Shown here piece by piece: positions 1 to 13,300 of a stretch of DNA of 64,000 nt. Position 1 is the stretch's first letter; the number at the start of each line of letters is the position of its first letter. This DNA comes from Ascidiella aspersa. Taxonomy: Eukaryota. Below the pieces are notes generated by a model. It was not told the DNA's origin. It was given only the letters and a program-made list of their open reading frames with translations, and did not search any database. The DNA is taken from the NCBI GenBank assembly GCA_963924565.1, contig OZ004612.1, positions 22,754,001 through 22,818,000 of the forward strand. Direction: 5' to 3'. The translations under genes and the position numbers were made by a program.

Positions 1-164
1 TGGGTCAAGTGTTTTAAATTTAATCTCCTTTTGCAGTTTGTTAAGTCAAATAAGTGCAATGTCTAATAAGACCTTAAGGTATAAAAGTCAGACTTTTCCT
101 TTGGATGCCCTAATTATAGTAGATCTTTTTGGTTGGAACTGAACTAATTTCTGACGGATCGGGT
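1..164. repeat. Terminal arm of an interspersed long-TIR element (same family as 3077-3276 and about 4780-4948)
   Basis: Shares ttaagtcaaa..agtgca..aaaagtc.gactttt..ggatgc.ctaatt..ctaatttctgacggatcgggt with 4820-4948. Its reverse complement is at 3077-3276. Confidence 0.75.
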
Positions 165-318
165 ACGGTTAACTAACATCGCCCTACTGGTGCAGTTAAC
201 GCCTATCGACACTTATTACTGTTTTAAGTTCTTGTGACCAATAAAGTCTTGGTTTCATGATGGCGCCCTCCCACGAACTGCTGGTTTATCCAAGTTACCC
301 GTATACGTACCTCTGCAG

Positions 319-3300
319 AAATATTCGAACTGTTCCTGCGTCCGCCCGCTCAACGTCACATCGGTGACGTCATACGGTGAAGTGACGTCAGGCAAGTGCG
401 CGAGTTCGAAATGCTCGGGACTCAATCTCTTCCTTGCTGTTATCTTCTTCACCATTCTCTTTACCTTCCTGGCCGCCACCCCAGCCATACAAGTCGTTCT
501 GCGCGTCGTCCCTTTCACACAACGATCGTTCGCCATCGGCGTAAAGGTAAAGTTTGCATTATAAAAGTTGCCATTTAGGCTTAATTCTTACATATTACAG
601 TGCTATGGTTACTATTTTTATGTTAACTGTTTTTTAAATTTTGCAAAAAGTACTTTTAGGTAACGTCCCCTTATGTGCGTTCAGCGCCCCCCAAATGAGG
701 AAAATACCCAAAGCGTCCTCTTGTAACTGGCCAACGCATACAAGGGGCCTTTAACGTTGGAAACCTAGCCCTATAAAATTTTAAAATTTCATGCAATTTC
801 TCGAGTGAAACTCAAAACGTTTTAATACAGGGTAAAACAGTTGTCTACCGAGTTTTTTCGGTTATCCTAAGGAAACACAGCCTTTCATACAAAACAATCA
901 TATTTAATTTGTCCTTCAGTTTGTATTCCTGCGACTGCTGGGAAGCATTCCTGGTCCTATAGTGTTCGGTCGTGTCCTGGACCTCGCCTGTGTTGTGTGG
1001 AGCACTGAGTGCGGCAAAACCGGTTCTTGCGAGCTTTACAAAAACAACGACCTCGCCGCTCACATGACCACGCTGGGGGCGTCTATTAAGGTATATTTTC
1101 TGTTATCGCGTAATCGACTTTGTTTTAACTATAGAGCTAGACCCATAATATCGGCCGATATTTGGCTTCTACCGATATATCGCTATCGGTAAATGAAGCC
1201 CGATACTTTGGCCTATATTTTAGTACAAAATATGATATAATTTTTTTTGTACAACAAACAACCTACCCATTTTTTACTAAAAAAATTGGGTTTTAGCATC
1301 ACGCAAAGTTAATATGCAAAATAATATTTTAATAATCAATAAAGGTATATAAACTAAGGATATCGGTATCTGTCAAAAAGCGATATCGGTCGATCTCTAG
1401 TTTTAATGCTATTGGTGTGCCGCAAGTAAAAAAAATGTTGCGAAGCACTGCTTCAATGCGTCTGTGCGGTCGTAGAAAGTCACGAAAAATTTGCTTAACG
1501 ATCCATTAAATAATGTTAAAATAAGAAGGCCTGTATTATAGAAATACACTATCAACAAAAATTTCTGGTATATAGCGTGTCGTTAAACCTATCACCTAAC
1601 CCTCACTACTCTAGTTATTTACGAGAAAATACAATAGCTTATACCGGGCTCGATACTGAATTAAAGTTTTCATTCTCGAGTCGGCGAATATATACAAATA
1701 AGATATGTATGCCGTTCCCGGACGAAATAACGCTCGACAAAAGCACTGCCAAGTCATCGAATTTACGTCCCAGTACCAAACATTTAGAGGTCTACTGAGT
1801 GCGTAGTACTTTTTGCCGCTTGTGATGCGTATGGTCATTTGGTCATTCGTTGTTGCATTTGCACAAGCGCGTGTGTAGAGAGCAATTAACGAATTAGGAA
1901 CCCCTGTAATCGAATAACGACAACCAAGTCAATGCATTTGTCAGCCGGACAAACTGGTGTCAATCAGCACTCGCCCGGGGCGAATTACACTCAACCCGGA
2001 CTACAGTATTAAGTTCAAAGAGCTTTTCAAAAAAAATGACAAAATGCATAATAATTGAATTCAGTTGATCTTGAAATTTATTTTCGTCTTTGATATTTCT
2101 TCTATAAAGTACATTGAAAAAGCGTAACTCCCCATCTTCCAAAACCAACTATTTTTTTTCATTTATGAGCTAGTTTTTAGTATTTCGAACCAATTATATT
2201 CTCAAAATTATCTGTACCGCTGGGTTCTCGACTTTTTATTTTGCCACTCCAATCGAAACCACTGAAATGATTTATCAAAATTACCCAATTAAGGCCCGTT
2301 TACACTACAGCTGCACTGGGCGTGAAATTGTTTTCACTACAGCTGCAGTGAGCTGCGCTGGGCGTAAAAATCGCGACAAAACGTAACGTTTTTCTATAGC
2401 TGCACTGGGCTTGAGTTTAAGAAAGCATGAAAATCGCTCCAAAGCGTATTTTTTCCAGCTGCATGGGGTTTGAGTTTAGCAAAGCGTAACTTTAAGCTAG
2501 CTGTAGCTTCTGCACGGGGCTTAAGTTTAGCAAAGCGTGAAACGCTCGCCACAATTGAATTTAAATGCAAATTACGCTTTGCTCAGCTCAGTTCAGCTGT
2601 AGTGTAAACGGGCCTTTAGGGTTGACCCAAACACTAGGAACCGCTGAATACTGACCTAAACGCAGCAACCTGAAAGCCGGCCATTGACCGCGCACCATAT
2701 TGTTGGCTCAGTTACCATGTCCTATTACCAGAACCGCCCTAAGAAACTTAATGTTGGGCATCGCGTCCCATACAAGACTATAGGCAAAGCGGCCACGAGA
2801 GTTGACTTTACGCATCTTATTACAACAACTAAAACGAATGTTAATCGGGGTTAAAACTAGGGTATTTTGCAGTTCAAAAGGGCTCTCACTACTTGTTACA
2901 CTCGATGCAGGAACAAGATTTGCGCAAAGCGCTAAAATTGCTCTTACGTATAATTAAAATAGTCAAAAAATATGAAGTATGGCTTCGTGTCCAGTATGTA
3001 AAATAGTTCGCGTGATTTGCGTTGGCGGGCCGGATTTGACCGCGCAGCGCATTGTCGGCTTAAGTCTGATAACTCGACCCGCCCGAAGCAAAAAGGTATA
3101 TGACAATTAGGGCATCCAATGGCAGAAAAGTCTGACTGTTAGACCTTGAGGAGGTGGCAATGCACTAATTGGACCTTTAGGTAAACTCCCGGCGAGATAA
3201 ATTGAAAATAGTCACTGAAAATTCACAAAAAGTAACAAAAAGTGTGAGACAAAATCAATAACACTTGACCCACAGCTAGGGATGCTCAAAGTAGAATATC

Positions 3301-5238
3301 GAATCCTTGGATTCGAATCCAATTCTGCCGTTTATTTCGGGTAATTGGAACCGATATAATTTAATGTTTTACCGCCGATTGTTGCGCCTAATTGTACAAA
3401 CGCGTGTGGTAAGTTTGCCTGTTGCTGCGGCGACCAATTTATAGTGCTTGCTTTAAATGTAGCCTGGTAGTACAGTGTCAGCGTTTTTTCGGGCGACCAA
3501 TTACCGCGTCTCGCGATAACTTTCGTCTAATAATTAAGTGTCAATCAAGCTTTATTGGGCGAGCGGCTAACGTGTAATGTCAGGTGTGGAGTTCGCAATT
3601 TCCCTAAATGCGTTAAGTTGCAAAAGTAACATAGCGTTGCAAAACGTGCTGGCCGTCCACAAAATGCGCTATGGGGTTATTTAAGGTCAACTTTAGGCCA
3701 ATATTCAGGGAAGTTATGCAGTTATGCACAACGTAATTGTCAAGAATTTGTTATGTCAATAATAACTTTGTATTCTTTGCAGTACATCATTTGACTGCAT
3801 AATAGATCATGTTAGTAAAAAAAGAAGCAATAAGACTTAACAATGCTTTAAAATCAGGACCGAATTGCTTAAGACTTCTGTGTGCAGTGTTGCATTTTCT
3901 CACTATTGGCAAAAATATAAGTTTTGGACACAACCTGGACAGTTGACATATTCCAGTTTACAGGCTTCAGAGGACAGTTGTTTAACGGCTTCAGAGGACA
4001 GTTGTTAAGAATGTTAAACATATGAGAGAGTTTTTTTATTATAATGTACACTCGTTAGAAAATTGTTTGGGAGATTTATTGCTGTGATTGTGGGCCCTGT
4101 AGGGTAGATTTAGATTAATCCCCTCCCCAAACAAAATCGAGGTTAAATAATTTAATAAAAATTTACTAGGATTCGCTATTCTGGATTCGTTATTCTAGAT
4201 TCGAAACCTATTATTCTAGAATACCTTGGGATTCTACTTTGAACATCCCTACCCACAGCTCAAATAATGTGCGTTAATGTAATGAATTTTTGAACGCTGG
4301 GGAAAAAGCCCAAACTCGGGTGGGCATAATAAATTTCTCGTCCATGGTATATAGCAGGGGTGTTCAAATGATTTTTGCCATGATCCACCACAGCCAAACC
4401 TGACAACATGATGATCCACCAAATACGAATAGTAAACATATTGGACATGCTTTATTTTTATAGTGCCCCTTGCCATGGAGTACTAGTTCAGAGTATTTAG
4501 ATGGGTAAAACAGTCAGCAAAACAGCAAGTTTCATACAGTGGTACCTTCAAGCAGAGCCACATAGTTTGATGTTTGACCCCTTTCATTCAAAAACATGAC
4601 CAACTCTTTACGAAGGTCCCATAAACTTTTCAAAGCATTGTATAATAAGGTTATTTTTAATTTTGTTTTCCAAGCCCACAATAAAATATCCACACAAAAA
4701 GTGGAAAAGATCCGGAAGCGGGTCGAGATCCGCCATCGCACATTATTTGGGTTCGGGTGCTGGTTTGCGTTTGGGTTTAGGTGGGTAAAGTTTTATTCAA
4801 CTTAATCTTCTTAAGCACATTGTTAAGTCAAATCAGTGCATTGTCCGAGACCTCAAAGTCTAAAAGTCGGACTTTTTGATCCTTTGGATGCACTAATTGT
4901 CGCAGACCTTTTTTGCTTAGAAATGCACTAATTTCTGACGGATCGGGTGACGTATCAGAATTGTTTTGTAAGCTTGTGTGTTTCATTCGCAGGCCGGCGT
5001 CACTATATTTTTCCTGTTCGCTTGGCTGGCCTACAAACCACCGGCAAAGGGCGCCCTCGAGCGTCTGGACGAGATATCCCTTGGCCAGCAGTTCTCGCGC
5101 AACCAGATCGGCCTACCTGCCATTCACGGCGGCAATGACGTAATCGGTGACATCACCAAAAGCCGGGTGACGAAGTTCGGGAAGATTTCTTACAGCACTC
5201 TGCGGGAAGAGTTGTCGTCGTCGTCCGATATTTATTGA
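319..5238 (+). CDS. SLCO: Organic anion transporting polypeptide (SLCO/OATP family), last three coding exons; 5' part lies upstream of the window
   Basis: Exons 319-546, 920-1090 and 4993-5238, all phase 0 with ag/gt boundaries. They translate to KYSNCSCV...GKCASSKC (end of the Kazal-like loop), VLRVVPFTQRSFAIGVK|FVFLRLLGSIPGPIVFGRVLDLACVVWSTECGKTGSCELY (OATP C-terminal signature) and the last TM AGVTIFFLFAWLAYK, ending at TGA 5236-5238. AATAAA at 7054-7059 implies a 3' UTR of about 1.8 kb. Subfamily not determined. Confidence 0.95.
1132..1399. mobile_element. hAT-type MITE (TAGAG..CGATA termini)
   Basis: Imperfect TIRs tagagctagacccata / tatcggtcgatctcta, internal (t)atcgg repeats, and flanks gttttaac / gttttaat. 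Confidence 0.6.
2292..2615. mobile_element. PIF/Harbinger (Tourist-like) MITE
   Basis: Perfect 22-bp TIR aggcccgtttacactacagctg / cagctgtagtgtaaacgggcct, TTA target duplication (2289-2291, 2616-2618), and internal subrepeats cagctgcactgggc and gagtttagcaaagcgt. Confidence 0.85.
3077..4948. mobile_element. Long-TIR element carrying a nested hAT element and a hAT transposase relic
   Basis: Arms 3077-3276 and about 4780-4948 are imperfect inverted repeats. The minus strand at about 4440-4650 reads LWDLRKELVMFLNERG...FADCFTHLNTLN..LHGKG (Buster/Charlie-type hAT transposase, frameshifted). Confidence 0.65.
3277..4251. mobile_element. Non-autonomous hAT element with Ac-like TAGGGATG termini
   Basis: TIR tagggatgctcaaagtagaat / attctactttgaacatcccta, perfect 8-bp TSD cccacagc (3269-3276, 4252-4259), subterminal gattcg/cgaatc repeats. 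Confidence 0.9.
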
Positions 5239-7389
5239 TCCGGGTTTTGCCTTCCGATATTAATTACACCTTAGAGCGGTCTAGTTTATTTTATTTAAAT
5301 ATATTTTAATTAATGTATTCTGCTTTTGTGAAATAGGTCACTAAAGGAAAGTCGCGAACGCGCTGTGACCATTTAGTTACTAATTCTCGTGCTACCAGCA
5401 TTGTATTAACTTGCTGAAGCCGCATGGTAGGGTCCATGATATAGCCGATGATTTTAAAAAACATGGGGTATTTAACATCAAATCAAATTGCAACGTTGTG
5501 TGCTTTTTGAATGGAGCTACTAAACACACAACCTTGGCTAACGATGTCTCGCATAATTTACGTAACGAAAACCCGTGAAATATATCGATCGAAAATCACT
5601 AACAAACGAAAAATGAAAACTTAAGATTCCCCTAATGTTATTACCATAATCTGGCGCAGTAATATCAGCTACATGACGCGTGCCATAATTAGTCTTTTAT
5701 TGAACGTTGCCTCTAAAATGCGAGCTATATTTAATTTTAATATAATCTATGTTTGTATTGCTTCATCCTATTTGTATCTCGTGGTTTCGATTCTAATCAT
5801 TGTCCAGATAACGTACTGCATTTAAGTAAAACACTTTCTATTACGGACATACATGAAGTTCAGTGTATTTTCATCCCATTGATAAAAATGATACTTTCAT
5901 TCTCAATAAGTAACTAAAACGTTTGCACACACCGAACGTCGGATTTTTCTATGATCATTCGTTGTGATTTATTTTTTTACAGTATTCAACATAAATACTT
6001 TAATTTAATGTTCGTACTATGCTGCATTTATTTGTATTGTGCTCTTATATAGTGGATATATCCTTTTTATCGTTTGTGTTGGAATCTAATTATTGTGGCA
6101 TTATTGACGTTACACGTTCTTTATTTGCTATGCAATTGTACCGCTAGTGCATTTTATCTTGCCCGTAAAAAGTGTGCCTTTTCTACCTATAGCGTATTCT
6201 AAAAAGCAAATTACATTATACTGTAATTTTATTTTGTTACCTTTTGTTTTTTGACAATTTTATAGTTCTTCTATAGACTATTAGTTGGTTACGATAATAT
6301 AGCACTTTGCACCTATTATAATGCATATTTGTGTATAAAAATAGTCTCTCACACAAACTGGATAGGCTGTGCGGTTTATGTTTATCTTACAAAAATTTTT
6401 AGACAAACCTTTTGCTTTGAATAACTTATGCAACTAATTTTGTTTATCATTTAACTGATTTTCCAAAACAATGGCAATGTTAAATGAGGGTGAGTGTTTC
6501 TAACTCACTTCAAACATATTCTGCTTAAAGTGCAATAATGAATCGCCTACGGTACGCTCGAATTTTATTTTTAATTTCGTGAATTAACTATCATCACCTC
6601 ACGATCATTTAGTTTGTTTTATATATATATTTTTTTTTTGAAAAAAAAAAAACTGTATGACTTAGCGGTACCTTTTTATTTGCCCTGAGAACTGTGTAAT
6701 CATCGGCCATTCTTAAGTTGTCGAGATGTTGGGCAAGACATCACAATGTATTTTGAAGCAGAGCCTTGTCAAAGCACTTTTTTAAGCTAAACCGTAATTT
6801 TATGGAATTTTTAATTCGCGATTGACTGTTGTAAATTGCTAAATTTTTTCGTAGAGTTACAATTGCACCATAAGCCGATGTATTGATATAATTATTATTT
6901 TTGTCACCGACGTGTACACGAATCCAATATGAGTTTCACAAATTCCAATTGATAAAAAAATGTTTATTTTGGCCAAAAAGGCATTTTTTAAGATTCCTTA
7001 TTTCTGGTTTTATTCTCGATTGATGTTTTTTGCAACACTTTGGATATTTTATCAATAAAATGTTATTCGGAATTAACTGTTGTTTTAACTTGCAGCAAAA
7101 CAGAGCCTAAGCCTTGATCAATACAGCACTTTTCCTATTGAGTTATACATTCGTTGCTGAAATAATAGTCAAGTAAGTATTGTGTAAATAACATTTAATA
7201 ACGTGGCTATTCATTTTCACTTCTCCTTATTTTAAAATTGCCAGCAATTTGCATGCAGCTTTACGAATATTACTTTTATTAGTATCTACTGGAGGTTTAC
7301 GGGCGAATAAGAGTAAAAAGCTCTAACATTAATCCATTCTGAAGAAAAACGTGTTTGCAATGTCGGTGTAGATTTCGCATTAGGTTCTT

Positions 7390-10300
7390 CTACTTGTTCT
7401 CGATGGCTACCTCGTGCATTTGTTGTGAAAGGGCAGCGTATGGCCGCTCCCAGTTGTAATACGCATAAAGGGGAGCAAATGTCGAATCCTGGTCCATGTC
7501 ACCGTCGTCTTCCTCCTTGGCATCCACCGAACCGAACACGCTCGCAACGTATGTTGGAGGAGGAGCTGAAAAAACACATTTCGTCTTTTCGGTGAGCCTG
7601 TGATTTCGCGACCGACTTTGTTCTAGGGCTGTATAAGGTACTAGACAAGGCAATACGTGTTTCACAGAAAAAATATTTGAGTAATTACGTCTCAAAATTG
7701 CGTCATACCGTAACGTCAAACTGTTACGTCGAAACTTGTCGTCATTAAGATATATCTTACGCGTGACGTCAGAAAAAATCAAAATAAAAAACCCTCACAG
7801 TTGTTCATTCATTTGTTTAAGGTTCGGGCGTGTTACTTTCAATACAAAAGCCTACATTAATACAATGTTTTTGAGTCCCTCAAAGCTAAACAATGCCTTT
7901 ATATCGGTTGGGTTTGCATATCTTTATTTTCAAGCTTTCCTTAAGACGCAAGATACCTACCTTTGTCGTAATTAATACGATTTTATCAAAATTGGACAAA
8001 ATTCCCCAAAAAATAATTGCAATTTTGCGAGCGAAAAAAAATTTACATTCACCTACTGTAGGCCTATAGCTCAAATTGGCGAAAATAGAGTTTGATGCTT
8101 CCCCTTTTTCTGGTAAAATGTTTTTTACACTAAAGTTAAAATACACTGGATCGGAAAAGATAATTTGCTTACAGTTGTCTTCGTGATGTCCCGATGTACG
8201 AAGTGGCATCGTCCCGACACGAAAGGGAATTTTCAATTTTATATTCCGTTTCGATTCGACTATGATCTAAAAACAAGGTAAGCAATTTGTAGGCTAGCTG
8301 CTACATCACTTCATATGGGTTGGTAAAAAATAACAAAAAAGTAATGGGGCGTTTTTGCACTTAGAAGACTTTCAGTTAAAAGTTAATTAAGCGACCTGTC
8401 AATTTTCTGTTTGTTTTTATTTACCTCACTCGTTTTAGAAAAAAAACAAGTTTACAAGAGGAATAGAAATTGAATTGAGCTAAATAGCTAAAAGCCCACA
8501 ATTTACCTTTAGACGATACTGTAGATCAATGATCGTGCATCCGGGAAGATCAGATGGTGGAAGGCTTGGAACAATTAACTTTCCACTCCATTTTGTCTCC
8601 TCTTGCACTTGAATCCAGAAATGAATAGTTAAGTTCGACCACAAAATAAGTTCGTTTTACTATGAATTAAATTTATGGGTAATTTTTCAATATTTTACTT
8701 TCGTTAAGTCTTTTGAAAGCAAAAATGTTCCTCAGATGTAAACATAAACCATATCACTTTCACATGCTGTTTTAAAACTGACATGGGTAATTTTTATTTG
8801 GGCATGGTCATTTAAAAATCTGGAAAGCTAAAAGGCCGATAAATATTGTCGTTCGGGTGGTTTTTTGGGACAATTACTCAATAACATAGGGGAAATCAGT
8901 TCAAATGCAATATGTTTCTAGTAACATGGTGACGTATCATCGGTATAGCCATAGTCTAATAAAGCCCTCTGATCATCGATCAGTATAAAATATTCGCCAA
9001 ATCACGTAATTTTCTCTTTTTCGAAACCTACGTCCAAGAGATGTTGCCTCCTTTATTTCAGCGGCTGTACTTTTATTAACGTAAGTCAATGTTCCCGCGC
9101 CTTTGCCATGAAACGATGACACCTATTTGAAAAAAAAGAATAAACCCTAGTAAACATTTTTTATACTTTCCTGTATTAGTCAAAGTCAGAGGGTAATAAG
9201 TTCTAGTCATTAGAAAGAGAGAAATATATTTCGCCACAAAATAAGGCATCATTAGTTTTTTTGGCGAATGTATATCTCTCTTTTAAATGACTATATACCT
9301 TATTAATGACTAACTTTGACTAAGACAGGAAAGTCCTAAGAATATTTTATCCCATTTAAAGTCATTGTCGTCATTTACGTGTAAGGGTGAGGAGATATAT
9401 AATTTGCACATTAAGTTTGTCTTTAAACCATGGTGATTTCGCTTTACTTTATTAAACAAAACTATATTGATCAGGGAAAACAGACCTGCTCCAGTGCAAC
9501 TACAATTTTTGTTATTTCTTCTTTGCTTTTGTTTGTAAAGTTCAGTTTGACGACAATAGGTTCACCAGGAACGTAGCCGCCCTTGTCGGTCGCGCCTCTG
9601 ACACTGAGAAGCTCCCCTCCAAAGTAACCCATCTTTTTTTCTTCCGTTACCACCACTGGTTCCTTAAATAAGCAAAAGTGTTAGTTTTTTAAAGTGGTTT
9701 CCAACCAGGGGGGAATTACCCACCAGGGGAGATTTTGTAATTTCTAGAGGGGAATCTGTGGCACTATATTAATATCTTAGGCCTACTGGTGGTCTGTGCT
9801 ATATGTGGTATTGCTGTATTTGACATATATGAGCTGGAAAAAAAAAGTCTCGTATAGAGGCTATATAGAGATTATAATCCAGAGTTTAATTTCTGTTCTA
9901 ACAAAAAAGATTGGGAACGACCGTGAATTAAAACTATAGCTTATCTGTAGCTTTAGGACCGCGAATTCGACAACCACTCACCACTTACATCGGTTACTTC
10001 TGGGCTGGATTAACCTTTAAGCAAAATAAGCCTGTGCTTATGGCACCAAGGGAAGGGGCACCACAGAAACTTTTAAGCCAAATTTTCAATGGTGTTTTAG
10101 TCTTTAATATAATAATTCAAGTAGGTCAGACGACTCAGACCTCGGTTGAAATAATTTTGAATAATTTCGATGGATAGTCATTGCAACACTGTCTAAAAGA
10201 CGTGATCCGGCCCTGGGTTACATGAACTTGTACTATACATATCGTTTTTGTGCAATAAGAAATCGTTCAATTACTTTCTGAGAGGACAAAGTTGAGCACC

Positions 10301-13300
10301 AACCTGCGAAGTTTTGTGATCGTTGAGGTCCGCTTTTGGCAAGACTGTGAACATGCTTTTCGATTTTACATCTCGCCCGTTGGGAACGTCAATCTTGATG
10401 AAAATGGTGTACCTTACCCAGCCTACCTTTCCTGAAAAATAGGAACGCTAGGCTGGGGATTCCCTATACTTCGTAAATATACCGTATCACAATACCTTAT
10501 TAGGTAACAATTATACGACCGTCTGCTTTAATGCGATTTAGTTTAAAAGGAAATGTTAAAAAATGATTGGAAAATTTATACGTGCTTTATACACACGATG
10601 TGTATTACACAATATTTTGAGCCACAATTGAACTTCCCTTCAAATATTAAAAGAAAAACTTTCCAGACAGAATATGCTACAATGGAATATTAACATAGAT
10701 AAGATTCTAAAGTTTTGAGATATTGGTTTGTTGCCTATTATAATATCGGACGGGTGACCTATTTGTTACACAGTTATATACAGGGTTTAAAACCGTGGTT
10801 CTCAACAGTTCACGCTTCGTGGCCCCCTTTAAAAGGCTCCAAACTCTCGTGCTTATAAAACTTCCTAGCATTGTATTTACATGTTTTTATTAGTTTTACT
10901 TCTTCGTGTTAATAACCAACACAGCCATTAGGCATATTCAACGAATATATGGACTTTGTTTCCTAAAAATTGAACAAATCAGTTATTTTAATTTAAGTTA
11001 ACAAATTAGAGTAGTTACAAAGCTTAATCTTGGCAAGTTTTCTTTTATCTTCGGCTCAGTTCAAAACAGATTAAAAAAAAAAAATTAAAATAACTGATTT
11101 GTTCAATTAAAATAACTGATTTGTTCAATTAAAATAACTGATTTGTTCGCGATGTCACTACATTTGTCAAGATGATTTTCGTTTTATTAATGAATTGCTA
11201 TAACTTTGCCTGTATAACCTCTTGAGCTGAATATTGGCCTAAGACTGACCTTGAGTAACCCTACAGCCTATACGTTATGCGTTTTACTATTGAATGTTTC
11301 TTCTGCAACTTAACGCCCTTTAAGGGAATTGCGAAATCTCTGCACCTGGCATTACACGTTAGTTTTTATCCCAACGGCATTAGACCAGCCGTTCTTAACC
11401 TGGGGTAAATCCAAGGAACCTGGGGTAAATCCAAGCAGCAGTCGCACTGAATATAACTGATGTAATTTGTTCCTTTTGTGTTTTAATAAATGAGCATCAG
11501 TTTATATATTTGGGGTAAATTTGATATTCATCTTTGTTAAAAGGGTAAAACATACAAAAAAGATAAAAGAACCCCTGCATTAGACCAACAATTTCACAAT
11601 TTATCAAGGTGACTATTGAGGAAATGGAGCTCGATGCTCATGTTGCACCCAAGGTCGCAAAAAGCTAGCAGCATATTGTACTAACCAGAACTATTTTTTG
11701 TGGCATTTTTTTTTGTAACTGCCACAAAACATAGCCATGCGGCTTTCCTTTTGGTACTCATCCTTTTGATGAAGTCATTAGGACGTACTGGGTGCGACTC
11801 TGAGGTTTATTAATTACACCCACCTTAATTTTGTCAAACGACAACTTGGGAAGTGCAAAAAGTATGTCTTGAAAACATTCACCACCGTTATCCAGTGACT
11901 TTACGAACTGTTACATCAATAACTCCTACACAAATGATCTAGTTGTGCTCATGATACTTAACTAACTTGATGACCTCTTTTAGGTAATTATGCGTTTCTC
12001 TCATATATAAAGAGTGACCAATGGGGACTCCTCAATAAAGGTTTTGATTGTGCAGCAGAACACATTTGAGGCTCTACTTGGAGCTATCCAGAAACAGCCT
12101 CCATTGTGTTGGAATGGATTGTACATGACAACACCTAACCGCTTGAGTTAAAAATGGCAGATTTAAGACCGAATACTTGGTTAACTAGCGAATACATTTT
12201 CTTGACTGCTAACTCAAGGAGCTTTTTTACTACAACCCATTTTTCAATGGCATACTTATTGGGCTGCTTCGAATTCTGGTAGCTTCTTACATGACCTCAC
12301 GCACTCAATGTTTCTCCTAGACTAGATGCTTATTTAAGCATATAGCGTGCTACTTACCTTTAAATGCATCCCGTATTGATACTGTGATTTTACTAATAAG
12401 TTTACAAATCTGCTAATTTGTTAAGGGGGCAGAAGTTAGTTAGTACGAGACCAAGATTCGGTTAATTACGTATACCTACGTATAGGCATTCACAAATCCG
12501 CTTTTAGAAAAAATATGAATATATAAATTGCATGAAGACTAGGGCATGTAGACAAAAAACGACTTCGGATTTGGAATAAGGGCGAAAAATCCATCAAGGA
12601 TCAGTTGAAAAATCTAATGCAACAAAAAATGAAAGAAATTGTTTCCTATTAGCTCAGCAAGTAATTGGCCGATAATTAAAACGCTGACGCCACGCTTCAT
12701 GGCTACATATAAAGCAGCAGAGTAATTGTTTCGCCACAGCGACCAGGCCTTTATCAAAAATTGTCACTCACATACGTACGATTAGACGTAACTTTCCGCA
12801 TACGTACGATTAGACGTAACTTTCCGCGACAAACGAATAGAAAGGATTTAACATTCTACTTTTAAACATCCATACTAATGCGTCAAAGAACGTGTCTGAA
12901 AAATGTATAACAAAACGTTACAAGAAAGTTTTACAGTCATAATAAACCCAAATTTAAGTTAACTGGCAATTTTTGAAATTGGTGACATTTTGGTTTTGCA
13001 TAAACAAATAACTATTTACAACGAATCAGTAATGACTAATGAAGCTACGATTAAAAGTACCGGTACATTAGTCACTTCACGCCAGCGAGGCTCGTTATAG
13101 CTTGATCGCTTTTTCCTGTATATTAAACTGCCGTATCGAACACAAATAAATATGCTAGCAAACCGTTTCAGGCAGCAACTGGCTAAGTTTTAACGCAATC
13201 CTCAAAAAACATTCAACGAGCCCCAACAAAATGACTAAAAAGTAGTAAAAACTACATTAGTAAGTACAGCAAACTTAGTAGCCTACTATAACAGTGTATG

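Noticed and set aside
11085-11148. Short tandem duplications here and at about 3964, 12770, 23255-23420, 28276, 29155, 52626 and 57081
   Set aside because: Ordinary 2-3 copy slippage duplications with no sign of function.
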